From contig JAXDQU010000034.1 in assembly GCA_034667685.1 (NCBI GenBank), positions 1 to 64,000 on the forward strand: DNA of 64,000 bases, written 5' to 3'. Origin of the DNA: Thermoplasmata archaeon (GTDB taxonomy: Archaea > Thermoplasmatota > SW-10-69-26 > JACQPN01 > JAJPHT01). Positions 9,231 to 17,559 of the stretch are shown in pieces. The notes under the pieces were generated by a model. That model worked only from the letters and a program-made list of their open reading frames with translations. It was not told the DNA's origin and did no database searches. Both the position numbers and the translations under genes were made by a program. The stretch's first letter is position 1; the number at the start of each line of letters is the position of its first letter.

Positions 9231-9751
9231 GGCGGTTCGTCTACTACGTGGCCGCGAGCGCCGACGGCTTCATCGCGCGCGCCAACGGCAGCGTCGACTG
9301 GCTCGAGGAGCGCCCCGCCGCGGAGTACGACTTCGCGGAGTTCACCGCCCGCATCGACACCATCGTGTGGGGCCGCAAGACCTACGAGCAGGGCTTGGAG
9401 AAGGGGGGCCTGGCGCCCTTCGGTGACGCGGCGCGCCACGTCGTGCTCTCGCGCAAGCGCCACGACGACCCGCTCTTCACCACGGAATCGCCCGCGGCGC
9501 TGACGGACCGTCTGCGCGCGGAGCCCGGCAAGGACGTCTGGATCATGGGCGGCGCGGAGCTTGCGGCGTCCTTCCTCGACGCGGGCGCGCTCGACGAGGT
9601 CGTCGTCCACGTCATCCCGATCCTGCTGGGCGAGGGCATCCCGCTCTTCGCGCCGCGCGAACGGAGCGCGCAGCTGAAGCTCATGGGATCGCACGCCTAC
9701 AAGGACGGCGTGCTGCGCCTGGGCTACGAGGTCACTCGGCGTCGGCCCTGA
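9227..9751 (+). CDS. Dihydrofolate reductase/RibD C-terminal family protein
   Basis: YVAASADGFIA, GRKTYE, VWIMGGA, IPILLGEGIPLF; ATGA overlap with the TrmB gene. Confidence 0.88.
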   Translation: MRRFVYYVAASADGFIARANGSVDWLEERPAAEYDFAEFTARIDTIVWGRKTYEQGLEKGGLAPFGDAARHVVLSRKRHDDPLFTTESPAALTDRLRAEPGKDVWIMGGAELAASFLDAGALDEVVVHVIPILLGEGIPLFAPRERSAQLKLMGSHAYKDGVLRLGYEVTRRRP

Positions 9752-9926
9752 GCTGGCCGGTGGCCTTGAGCGTCGCGAAATACTGGTCCAGCGCTTCTTG
9801 GACCACGCCGTGGATCTGGCGCCCCTCCATGACCTTGAGGCTGTGGAGCTGGAGGTGGTACTTCACGGGGATGTTGACCTTGAGCTCCTTCATCCCGGGC
9901 TTCTTGGGGCGGTCGCGGATCATCAT
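9732..9926 (-). CDS. Small ribbon-helix-helix-like protein (copy 2)
   Basis: 64 aa; KELKVNIP strand followed by two helices ending VQEALDQYF; paralog of 9997-10179. Confidence 0.75.
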   Translation of the reverse strand: MMIRDRPKKPGMKELKVNIPVKYHLQLHSLKVMEGRQIHGVVQEALDQYFATLKATGQLRADAE

Positions 9927-9996
9927 GCCTGGTACCCATCCGAGGAGGGGGCAGGAGCTTGGAAAGCAGGTTGTTTGCCGGAACGCGACAAACGAC

Positions 9997-10179
9997 CTAC
10001 TCGACGCGCCCCTCGGGCTTGAGCGTCGCGAAGTACTGGTCGAGGGCTTCCTGGACCATCAGGTGGATCTGGCGCCCCTCGAGCACCTTCAGGGAGTGGA
10101 GCTGCAGGTGGTACTTGACCGGGACGTGGACCTTGAGTTCCTTCATGCGGTCCTGCTTCGGGGGGTCGCGGATCATCAT
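9997..10179 (-). CDS. Small ribbon-helix-helix-like protein (copy 1)
   Basis: 60 aa MMIRDPPKQDRMKELKVHVPVKYHLQLHSLKVLEGRQIHLMVQEALDQYFATLK; highly similar to its neighbour. Confidence 0.75.
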   Translation of the reverse strand: MMIRDPPKQDRMKELKVHVPVKYHLQLHSLKVLEGRQIHLMVQEALDQYFATLKPEGRVE

Positions 10180-10180
10180 G

Positions 10181-10282
10181 GCAATGCTTCCAGCCCCACG
10201 GGTAGACGGTGGGGGGAAGATGCCTTGTTCGCACGGGCCGAACAACCAACGCGGCGAGCCGCAGCCCGCCTGGAAGCATCGC
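10181..10282 (-). ncRNA. Candidate structured 5' leader (multi-stem junction) of the RHH pair
   Basis: 13-bp closing stem GCGAUGCUUCCAG/CUGGAAGCAUUGC enclosing three hairpins, ending 1 nt before the AUG. Confidence 0.45.
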
Positions 10283-10547
10283 CTGCCGGCGGGGGCCGCT
10301 CTGCGCGCGTCCCAGATAATACCCGCGGCGGGTGAAGGTTTCAGCGCGAACAGGTTCGGCCGTGGATCCCGACCGCGCGCCGCGCGACCACGCCGTCGCC
10401 ATCGATGTGGAGCGGCGCCTCGCGCTTCGAGTCCGCGGCGCAGCGCGAGTGGCGCTGGACGCTCATGGTCCGCGTGCCCGACGCCACGGCGCCAGGCCGG
10501 CCTCGTCCCCGTCAAGGGCTAAGCCGGGCCGCGCCGTTGCGCCGCGC

Positions 10548-10910
10548 ATGGGCAACCTGGACCTCCTCGAAGAAGCGTGCGCGGGCCTGCCGCACACCAC
10601 GCGCGCCATGTTCGGCGGCCACGGCCTCTTCGCGCCCAACGGCGGCATGTTCGCCGGCATCGTCGACGAAGACCGCATCGTGCTCAAGCTCGCGCAGGCG
10701 CCCATCCGCGAGGAATTGATATCTCTGGGCGGCGCGCCCTGGGAGTATGCCGGCAAGATGGTCATGAAGGAGTGGATCCTCGTGCCCGAGGCGTTCTACG
10801 ACGAGCCGCGCACGCTCGCGGATTGGGCCAAGCGCGCGCACAAGATCGCGCCGGCCAAGGGAGCGAAGAAGAGCGCGAAAGAGCCCGCGAAGAAGGCAAA
10901 GAAGAGCTAG
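10548..10910 (+). CDS. TfoX/Sxy N-terminal domain protein
   Basis: RAMFGGHGLF, GMFAGI, MKEWILVP; Lys-rich tail. Confidence 0.8.
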   Translation: MGNLDLLEEACAGLPHTTRAMFGGHGLFAPNGGMFAGIVDEDRIVLKLAQAPIREELISLGGAPWEYAGKMVMKEWILVPEAFYDEPRTLADWAKRAHKIAPAKGAKKSAKEPAKKAKKS

Positions 10911-10917
10911 GGCTCCT

Positions 10918-11014
10918 GCGCTTCGCTCACCGCCAACACGCCAACACGCGGACACGCCAGGACGAGCCACGTTGGCGTGATGGCGTGTTCGCGTGTTGGC
11001 GGTGAGCGAAGCGC
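10918..11014. repeat. Intergenic palindrome, family A
   Basis: GCGCTTCGCTCACCGCCAACACGC ... GCGTGTTGGCGGTGAGCGAAGCGC between convergent genes. Confidence 0.9.
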
Positions 11015-11023
11015 GGAAGGAGG

Positions 11024-11422
11024 CTACTTCGAGGGTGATCGTCCGATCTTCGCGAGCCAGCGCGCGCGGTCGAAGTGGACCTCGTTCACCACGATCTCGC
11101 GCCCGCGCAGGAGCACGAGGTCCATGCCCTTCAGCGCCAGCGCCTCGCCATCCGGCATCGGGACGCTCGCGCGCCACGTCACGCTGAAGCCGCCGGCGAT
11201 CGGGTCGAGGCGGTCGCGCGTCCAGCGCATCGCGGGGTTGGCGCCCAGCAGCCGGGCCAGGTAGGCCCGCAGCGCCGCGCGGCCGCGCAGCCCGTCGGGG
11301 CGCGCCGGGTCCACGTACACGCAGTCCTCCGCGTAGAACGCGGCGAGCCGCTCCGCGTCGGTGCCGGTCCACGCGGCGAACCAGCCGTCGCAGTACGCCT
11401 CCAGCGCGGCCTGGTCGATGAT
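11024..11422 (-). CDS. SnoaL/NTF2-like protein
   Basis: WFAAWTGTDAERLAAFYAEDCVYVDP..GLRGRAALRAY; no in-frame ATG/GTG upstream of this segment, so an ATC start is inferred. Confidence 0.7.
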   Translation of the reverse strand: MIDQAALEAYCDGWFAAWTGTDAERLAAFYAEDCVYVDPARPDGLRGRAALRAYLARLLGANPAMRWTRDRLDPIAGGFSVTWRASVPMPDGEALALKGMDLVLLRGREIVVNEVHFDRARWLAKIGRSPSK

Positions 11423-11423
11423 A

Positions 11424-12065
11424 TCACGCCTCCGCGGCGTTCCACTCGCGGAAGAATTGGTCGAGGAACGCGCGCAGGAACGCGGTCCTTTCCTCGCCCA
11501 GCTTGCGGCCGGAGGGCGTGTTGAAGTCGGCCTGCAGGCGCAGCAGCTTGTCGTAGAAGTGCTGCACCGTCGTGCCGTGCCGGCCCGAGACGTACACGTC
11601 GGGCACGTCGGTGGGGGCGCCGTCCCAGAGCACGCGTCCCTTGAGGCCGCCGAACGAGAACGCGCGCGCGATGCCGATGGCGCCGATCGCTTCCAGCTTG
11701 TCCGCGTCGCCCACGACCTGCGCCTCCAGGCTCATGGCGCGCTTGCCGCCCGGCGCGAACGACTTGTCCTTGTGGCGCTCCACGGCTTCCATCACGCGCG
11801 CCGCGAACGGCTCGGGGGCGCCCAAGGCCGCGAGGTGCGCGCGCGCCGCGCCCAGCGGGTCCTTCTCGCCCGCGCGGTCGAGGTCGTGCAGCCACGCCGC
11901 GCACGCGCACACGTCCTCGTCCGCGCCTTCGAGCCGCGCGAGCAGCACGGCGTTGCGCGCCACGCGCTCCACGTGGAAGACGTCGTGGCACGGATCGTAG
12001 GGCGACATCGTGCCTTCGGAGAAGAGCGGCGCGACGCGCGCGCGCAGGGCGGCGGCCAGGGGCAT
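11424..12065 (-). CDS. HD-domain phosphohydrolase
   Basis: CHDVFHVERV, AAWLHD, DADKLEAIGAIGIARAF, HFYDKLL. Confidence 0.9.
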   Translation of the reverse strand: MPLAAALRARVAPLFSEGTMSPYDPCHDVFHVERVARNAVLLARLEGADEDVCACAAWLHDLDRAGEKDPLGAARAHLAALGAPEPFAARVMEAVERHKDKSFAPGGKRAMSLEAQVVGDADKLEAIGAIGIARAFSFGGLKGRVLWDGAPTDVPDVYVSGRHGTTVQHFYDKLLRLQADFNTPSGRKLGEERTAFLRAFLDQFFREWNAAEA

Positions 12066-12104
12066 GCGCGCCCAACGCGCGGGCGCCGGAAGAGCGTTGG
12101 CGTC

Positions 12105-12362
12105 TCAGAGCGGCGGCAGCGTGCAGATGAACGCGGTGCCGCCGCACACGACCTGCACCTTGCAGAGGGGGCTGCCGTCCTGGAACTGGACGCCCGCGTA
12201 GGCGTACGTGAAGCCGTTGTACGTCACGTACTGGTCGGGAAGGAGCGCGTGGTTCCAGGCGCACGCGACCGGCGGGGGCGCGGGCGAGGCGACGGCGAGC
12301 GGGGCGGCGAGCGCGATCGCGGCGAGGCTGAGCATCGAAAGGACGACGAGGATGGATCTCAT
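12105..12362 (-). CDS. Small secreted Cys-containing protein (85 aa, 4 Cys)
   Basis: Signal peptide MRSILVVLSMLSLAAIALAAPLAVA; TATA-like box at about 12411-12416. Confidence 0.65.
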   Translation of the reverse strand: MRSILVVLSMLSLAAIALAAPLAVASPAPPPVACAWNHALLPDQYVTYNGFTYAYAGVQFQDGSPLCKVQVVCGGTAFICTLPPL

Positions 12363-12421
12363 GGGGGTTCTCCTGCGGCGGGGCCGCGAGCGGGCAGCGC
12401 GCGGGGGGCGGATAAGCGATC

Positions 12422-13312
12422 TCACGCGTCGAGCCGGGTCTGGCGCGCCTCGCGCTTGGGCGTCTCGGCGGGCTTGCCGGCCAGCGCGCGGGCGAGGGCG
12501 TCGTGGTCGGGCTCGGTCCAGCGCAGGGTGCCCGGGTTGCGGTGCGGCGGCGCGGCGAGGAGGGCATGCGCCTGGTGGGCGCGCGCGTGGAGCGCCTCGT
12601 GGGCGGGGAGCTGCCGGAGGGCGGTGGCGAGGTCGCCGCGGGCCTGCCGGGCGAGGCTCAGCGCGCGGGTGGGGCCGAGCTGAGGGTAGCCGTCGAAGTA
12701 GTCGCACCCCATGAGGATCACGGCGCAGCGCAGCTCCTCCGCCGTCGCGTTCAGGTGGGCGAGCGCGGCGGGCGCCTGGACGAGGCTCCATGCGCGGCCC
12801 TCCTTCTTCTCGGGGTGCGCGCTGAGGTTCCTCAGCAGGGTGGGGGCGCCCATGGCGAGGGCGTCCCAGTCGGTGGTGGCGACGAGGTCGGCGTGCCCCT
12901 GCGCGGTCATCCACGCGGCCTGCGCCTCGGCGTCGTGCGGCGCCTCCAGGGTGGGCACGCCCAGGGCCCGGGCGGCGGCGCGGGGCGCGGCGTAGTCCTG
13001 CGCGCCGATGGGAGGGACCGAGCGGGTGGCGTCGCGCGCGGCGAGGAGCTCGGCCTTCAGCGGGTGGGGCGGGCCGTCGAAGACGACGAGGGTCCTGGCG
13101 CCCTGCCGGGTGAGGTCGGCGATGCGGTGGGCGAGGCCGCGGGTCGCCGCGCGCAGGGCGGCTGCGCGCGTCTCGGGGTTCACCGGGGCGCGCAGGAGCT
13201 GGGCGGCGTAGAAGGCGTAGAGGAGGTTGGGGGCGTCGATGGCGACGGTCCGGCCGACGAGGTCGCCGGGGGCCACGGGAGCGGCCGGAATGTCGCGCAG
13301 CTTGATGCCCAC
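12422..13312 (-). CDS. Divergent flap endonuclease 1 / XPG-family nuclease
   Basis: GIKL start, AIDAPN, VFDG, EAPHDAEAQAA, TTDWDAL, GCDY..G..LGP H3TH, C-terminal PIP-like QTRLD. Confidence 0.8.
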   Translation of the reverse strand: MGIKLRDIPAAPVAPGDLVGRTVAIDAPNLLYAFYAAQLLRAPVNPETRAAALRAATRGLAHRIADLTRQGARTLVVFDGPPHPLKAELLAARDATRSVPPIGAQDYAAPRAAARALGVPTLEAPHDAEAQAAWMTAQGHADLVATTDWDALAMGAPTLLRNLSAHPEKKEGRAWSLVQAPAALAHLNATAEELRCAVILMGCDYFDGYPQLGPTRALSLARQARGDLATALRQLPAHEALHARAHQAHALLAAPPHRNPGTLRWTEPDHDALARALAGKPAETPKREARQTRLDA

Positions 13313-13379
13313 GAGGGGGCGAGGGTCGTTTTGCACCTAAAGTTCATCCTGGGGGACCCGGTTGGACGCTGGATTTCTC

Positions 13380-14765
13380 ATGCCCGAGGATGCGGTCGTG
13401 TCGTACGTGCGCGCGAACGAGCAGCGCAATCTCCAGCAGCTTGTCGACCTGCTGCGGATCCCCAGCGTGTCGGCGCAGCCGGCCAAGCACGGGAAGGACG
13501 TGGAGCGGTGCGCGCACTTCGTGGCGGACGCGCTGCGCGAGGCCGGGATGGAGAACGTGCAGCTCGTCCCCACCCCAGGCAACCCGATCGTCTACGCGGA
13601 CTGGCTGCACGCGGGCGCGGGCGCCCCGACGGTGCTCGTGTACGGCCACTACGACGTGCAGCCTCCGGAGCCGCTTGACCTGTGGACGTCGCCCCCCTTC
13701 GAGCCCACGGTGCGCGACGGGAAGCTCTTCGCGCGCGGCGCCACGGACGACAAGGGTCAGATGTATGCACACGTGAAGGCCGTCGAGGCGCACCTGAAGA
13801 CGGGCGGCAAGCTCCCGGTCAACGTGAAGTTCTTCATCGAGGGCGAGGAGGAGGTCGGCAGCAAGAACCTCGACCCGGCCATCGAGAAGTGGCGCGAGAA
13901 GCTGGCGTGCGACGTCGTGCTCGTCTCCGACACGGCGATGAAGGGCGAGGGGCAGCCCGCGATCACGTACTCGCTGCGCGGCCTGATCTACTTCCAGGTT
14001 GATATCATCGGCCCGAAGAGCGACCTGCACTCGGGCACGTGGGGCGGCTCGCTGGCGAACCCGAACGAGGCGCTCGTGCAGGCGCTCGCGAAGATGAAGG
14101 ACGCCAAGACGGGCAAGGTCAAGATCCCCGGCTTCTACGACGGCATCAAGATCACCAAGGACGACCGCGCGGCCGTGAAGAAGAGCGGCTACGCCGATTC
14201 GTATTACAAGAAGGAGATGGCGATCAAGGCGCTCTGGGGCGAGAAGGGATGGAGCGCGGCGGAGCGCACGAGCATCCGCCCCACCTTCGAGGTCAACGGC
14301 ATCTACGGCGGCTACCAGGGCGACGGCGCGAAGACCGTCATCCCCGCGCACGCGCACGCCAAGGTCTCCATGCGCCTCGTGGGCGGCCAGAACCCCGAGA
14401 AGATCACCAAGAGCTTCGAGAAATATCTGAAGTCCGTCGTCCTTCCTGGCGTTGAGATCAAGGTCACGCGCCTCTCGGCCGGCTACGGCGCGAAGGTGCC
14501 GCTCGACGACCCCGCGATGAAGGCCGCGACGAAGGCGCTCGCCGACACGTTCGGCAAGAAGCCCGTCTACCTCGCCGAGGGCGGGAGCATCCCGGTCGTC
14601 GCGTCGTTCCAGAAGCTCCTGGGCGCCAACACGATCCTCATGGGCTTCGGCCTCCACGACGAGAACCTGCACGCGCCCAACGAGCACATCCGCGTGGTCA
14701 ACTACCACAAGGGAATCGAGGCGAGCGCCCGGTTCCTCGCGGAAGTGGCGAAGGTCGATCGCTGA
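13380..14765 (+). CDS. M20 family dipeptidase
   Basis: YGHYDVQP, ARGATDDKG, IEGEEEVGS, DLHSG, HAPNE. Confidence 0.93.
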   Translation: MPEDAVVSYVRANEQRNLQQLVDLLRIPSVSAQPAKHGKDVERCAHFVADALREAGMENVQLVPTPGNPIVYADWLHAGAGAPTVLVYGHYDVQPPEPLDLWTSPPFEPTVRDGKLFARGATDDKGQMYAHVKAVEAHLKTGGKLPVNVKFFIEGEEEVGSKNLDPAIEKWREKLACDVVLVSDTAMKGEGQPAITYSLRGLIYFQVDIIGPKSDLHSGTWGGSLANPNEALVQALAKMKDAKTGKVKIPGFYDGIKITKDDRAAVKKSGYADSYYKKEMAIKALWGEKGWSAAERTSIRPTFEVNGIYGGYQGDGAKTVIPAHAHAKVSMRLVGGQNPEKITKSFEKYLKSVVLPGVEIKVTRLSAGYGAKVPLDDPAMKAATKALADTFGKKPVYLAEGGSIPVVASFQKLLGANTILMGFGLHDENLHAPNEHIRVVNYHKGIEASARFLAEVAKVDR

Positions 14766-14771
14766 GGCCGG

Positions 14772-15833
14772 ATGTCCGACGAGCCTCCGCCGGCCTTGCG
14801 CGACGCGCTGCGCGGCGAGGAGCCCGACTTCGTCGTTCGCGCCACGCGAGGTGCGCCCGGACGCGAGGCGCTTCCCCGCGCGATCGCCGGCGCCTTCCTC
14901 GTCGCGGGGACGCTCTTGTTCCTCGCCACGCTTCCGGCGGTCGGGGACTGGTTCGCGCGCGTCGGCGTCGTGACGCTCAGCGTGCTCTTCGCCGCGTTCG
15001 CCTTCCCGCTGCTGCGCACCGCCTGGCGGGGGCGCCGAGCTGCGGGCGCGTGGGTCGCGGGCACGCCGACGCGGCTCGTGCGCGCATGGCCTGAGGGCCG
15101 CGTCGAGACGCACTCCTGGTCCGCGTTCGCCGGCGCCGTCGCGCAGCCCCCCGACGCCGCGGTGGTCCTGCTGGCCCGGCCGCCCTTGCCGCCCCCCGCG
15201 TCCGGTCTGCGCGTCAGCCCGTCGTCCGACTGGCTCTTCCAGCGAAGCGTCCGGCTCGACGGCGTGGACGCGTGGCGCGAGGTCGCCGCCGCCTGCGAGG
15301 CGCGCATCGCGCACGCGCTGCCCGAGGCGCCGACACGCAGCGCGCTCCCGCGCATCGTCCAAGAGGCGCTGCGCGACGAGCCGGTCCTCTTGGTCGCCCA
15401 CGGGCAGAGCCCGCTCGCGGCGATCGCGGTCCGGCTCGTGCGCGGCGCGGTCTTGGCCCTCGTCTCGCTGCTGGGCTTCGTCTCGCCCTGGCTCGGCGTC
15501 TTCCCCTGGCAAGGCGCCGCGCTCGCGGTGCTGCTCTTCGGCGTCGGCGGGCTCGCCGGCGTCCTCGTCACCGCCACCGCGCCGCGCCCTTGGGGTCCTC
15601 GCGTCGTGCTGACGCCCACGCGCGTCCTCCACGGCGCGGGCGCTGTGCGCGAGGCGCCCTGGGGCGCGTTCACGGGAAGGCTGGCGGCTTCCGCGTCGCC
15701 AGAGGGCGGCCTGGTCGACCTGGAGACGGTGACGCCCCGTGGCCGGCGCTGCTGGGTCCGCGTCGAGACGAGCGATCCCGTCGGGCTCGCGCGTGTCGCA
15801 GCAGCGTGCATGCTGGCCAGAAGCGCCAAGTAG
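14772..15833 (+). CDS. Hypothetical membrane protein with two internally repeated halves
   Basis: Two modules each with (D/E)ALR, two TM helices, TPTR(L/V) and W.AF.G. Confidence 0.6.
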   Translation: MSDEPPPALRDALRGEEPDFVVRATRGAPGREALPRAIAGAFLVAGTLLFLATLPAVGDWFARVGVVTLSVLFAAFAFPLLRTAWRGRRAAGAWVAGTPTRLVRAWPEGRVETHSWSAFAGAVAQPPDAAVVLLARPPLPPPASGLRVSPSSDWLFQRSVRLDGVDAWREVAAACEARIAHALPEAPTRSALPRIVQEALRDEPVLLVAHGQSPLAAIAVRLVRGAVLALVSLLGFVSPWLGVFPWQGAALAVLLFGVGGLAGVLVTATAPRPWGPRVVLTPTRVLHGAGAVREAPWGAFTGRLAASASPEGGLVDLETVTPRGRRCWVRVETSDPVGLARVAAACMLARSAK

Positions 15834-15853
15834 CCCGTCGCTGGTCGCGCGGC

Positions 15854-17002
15854 GTGGAGACGCTCCGCCTCGCGCACGTGGCGCCCTACCTCCACCCGCA
15901 CGTGGGCGGCGTGGAGAGCCACGTCGAGGGCGTCTGCGCGGAGCTGGCGCGCCGCGGCCATGATATCACCGTCGTCACCTCGCGTCTCCCCGACACGCCC
16001 GAGCGCGAGGAGCGCGACGGTTACAAGATCCTGCGCGCGCCGATGCCCGCGAACCTCTTCACGACGCCCATCACGCCGCGCCTGGGCCGCGCGCTCGACG
16101 AGGCCGCGCCGCGCCTCGTGCACGCCCACTCGCCCCCACCCGTGTCGAGCTGGTACGCGTCGCGCTGGTGCAGGCGCCGCGGCGTGCCCTTCGCGCTGAC
16201 CTACCACTGCGACCTGGAGATTCCCGTCCCGGGCGGGGGCGTCATCGTCGAGGTCTACCGGCGCACCCTGGGGCGCGCGACGGTGCGGCGGGCCGACGCG
16301 CTCGTGGCGACGACGACGACCTACGCGCAGACGAGCCGCTCGCTCTGGTCGCGCGACGACGTGGAGGTCGTGCCCAACGCGGTGGACGCCACGCGCTTCT
16401 CTCCGGACGTCGACGGCGCCGCCATCCGCGCGCGGCACGGCCTGGGCGACGCGCCCGTCGCGCTCTTCGTGGGGCGCCTGACGCACCACAAGGGCGTCGA
16501 GGAGCTGGTGCGCGCCGCCGCGCTCACCGGCCCGCAGGTGAAGCACCTGATCGTGGGCGACGGGCCCAAGCGCGCGGCGTTCGAGGCGATGGCCCGCCAG
16601 GCGGCGCCGGGGCGCATCGTCTTCGCGGGGCGCGTGAGCGCGGAGGAGCTGCCCGCGTACTACCGCGCGGCGGACGTGGGCGTGCTCCCCTCCACCTCGC
16701 GCCTGGAGGCGTTCGGCATCGCGGCGCTCGAATGCATGGCGAGCGGGCGCCCGGTGGTCGTGAGCCGCATGCCCGGCGTCGAGGAGGTCATCGAGCCCGA
16801 CGTCACGGGCCTGCTCGCCGAGCCGCTCGACGCCGAGGACCTCGCCGCGCAGATCCGCGCGCTCGCGCTGGACCCCGAGCGGGCGCGCGCGATGGGCAAG
16901 GCCGCGCGCGAGCGCGTGCTGGAGCGCTTCACGCTGCCGCGCGTCGTCGACCGGCTCGAAGCGATCTATCGGGCCCTTCAGACGGGACAGAAGCCTTCGT
17001 AG
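15854..17002 (+). CDS. GT4 family glycosyltransferase
   Basis: GGVESHV, VVPNAVD, FVGRLTHHKG, EAFGIAALECMASGRPVV. Confidence 0.92.
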   Translation: METLRLAHVAPYLHPHVGGVESHVEGVCAELARRGHDITVVTSRLPDTPEREERDGYKILRAPMPANLFTTPITPRLGRALDEAAPRLVHAHSPPPVSSWYASRWCRRRGVPFALTYHCDLEIPVPGGGVIVEVYRRTLGRATVRRADALVATTTTYAQTSRSLWSRDDVEVVPNAVDATRFSPDVDGAAIRARHGLGDAPVALFVGRLTHHKGVEELVRAAALTGPQVKHLIVGDGPKRAAFEAMARQAAPGRIVFAGRVSAEELPAYYRAADVGVLPSTSRLEAFGIAALECMASGRPVVVSRMPGVEEVIEPDVTGLLAEPLDAEDLAAQIRALALDPERARAMGKAARERVLERFTLPRVVDRLEAIYRALQTGQKPS

Positions 17003-17490
17003 ACCTGCAGCTCGGGCGTGGGCGAGGGGGCGCTCGCGTCGTTGTAGACGATGCCGCCCGAGAGCGTCGTCGCGCCCGTGGCGAGCGTGAACGGCTCGCC
17101 CTTCGTCTGGAAGGGGACCACGAGCGCGATGTAGACGCCGTGCGCGGGGAACGTGAACGTGATCGACTCGGTGGCGGGCGCGAAGCTGCCGTGGTGCTCG
17201 CTGGCCGCGACCTCCGTGCCCAGCGTCACGGTGCCCTCCGTGCCCGTCGAGGTCCACAGCTCCAGGTCGTAGTCGGAGACGAGGAGCGGCGGGTGGACCC
17301 ACGAGAGCGCGAGCGTGTCCGTGACCGGCGCCCCGGCGTCGTTCGTGACGAAGTACGCCATCCCGACGCCGGCCTGCTGCGCGCCGTTCACGGCGCAGAG
17401 GTATGCGCCGGCCGCGGAGCCGGTCTCGCTGTTGCCGCCCGCGAGGGGGACGAGGAAGAGGAGCGGGACGAGAAACAGCGCGGCGCGCAT
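16978..17490 (-). CDS. Secreted hypothetical protein (PPC-like beta domain)
   Basis: Signal peptide; DYDLELW...TESITF..GVYIALV; two Cys near the termini. Confidence 0.6.
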   Translation of the reverse strand: MRAALFLVPLLFLVPLAGGNSETGSAAGAYLCAVNGAQQAGVGMAYFVTNDAGAPVTDTLALSWVHPPLLVSDYDLELWTSTGTEGTVTLGTEVAASEHHGSFAPATESITFTFPAHGVYIALVVPFQTKGEPFTLATGATTLSGGIVYNDASAPSPTPELQVYEGFCPV

Positions 17491-17559
17491 GGCAGGCCTC
17501 CACGCCCGAGGCTGCCTGCGGCCTCAAAACCCTTACGTCGTCCCCGCGTTCCGCGACGC

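Noticed and set aside
10181-10282. Cloverleaf-like fold as a tRNA
   Set aside because: The closing stem is 13 bp, there is no T-loop GTTCRA in the right place and no D-loop consensus; kept only as a candidate leader RNA.
10340-10545. Possible small ORF (MWSGASRFESAAQREWRW...) between the RHH leader and tfoX
   Set aside because: No recognisable motif and it runs out of frame into tfoX; cannot be supported.
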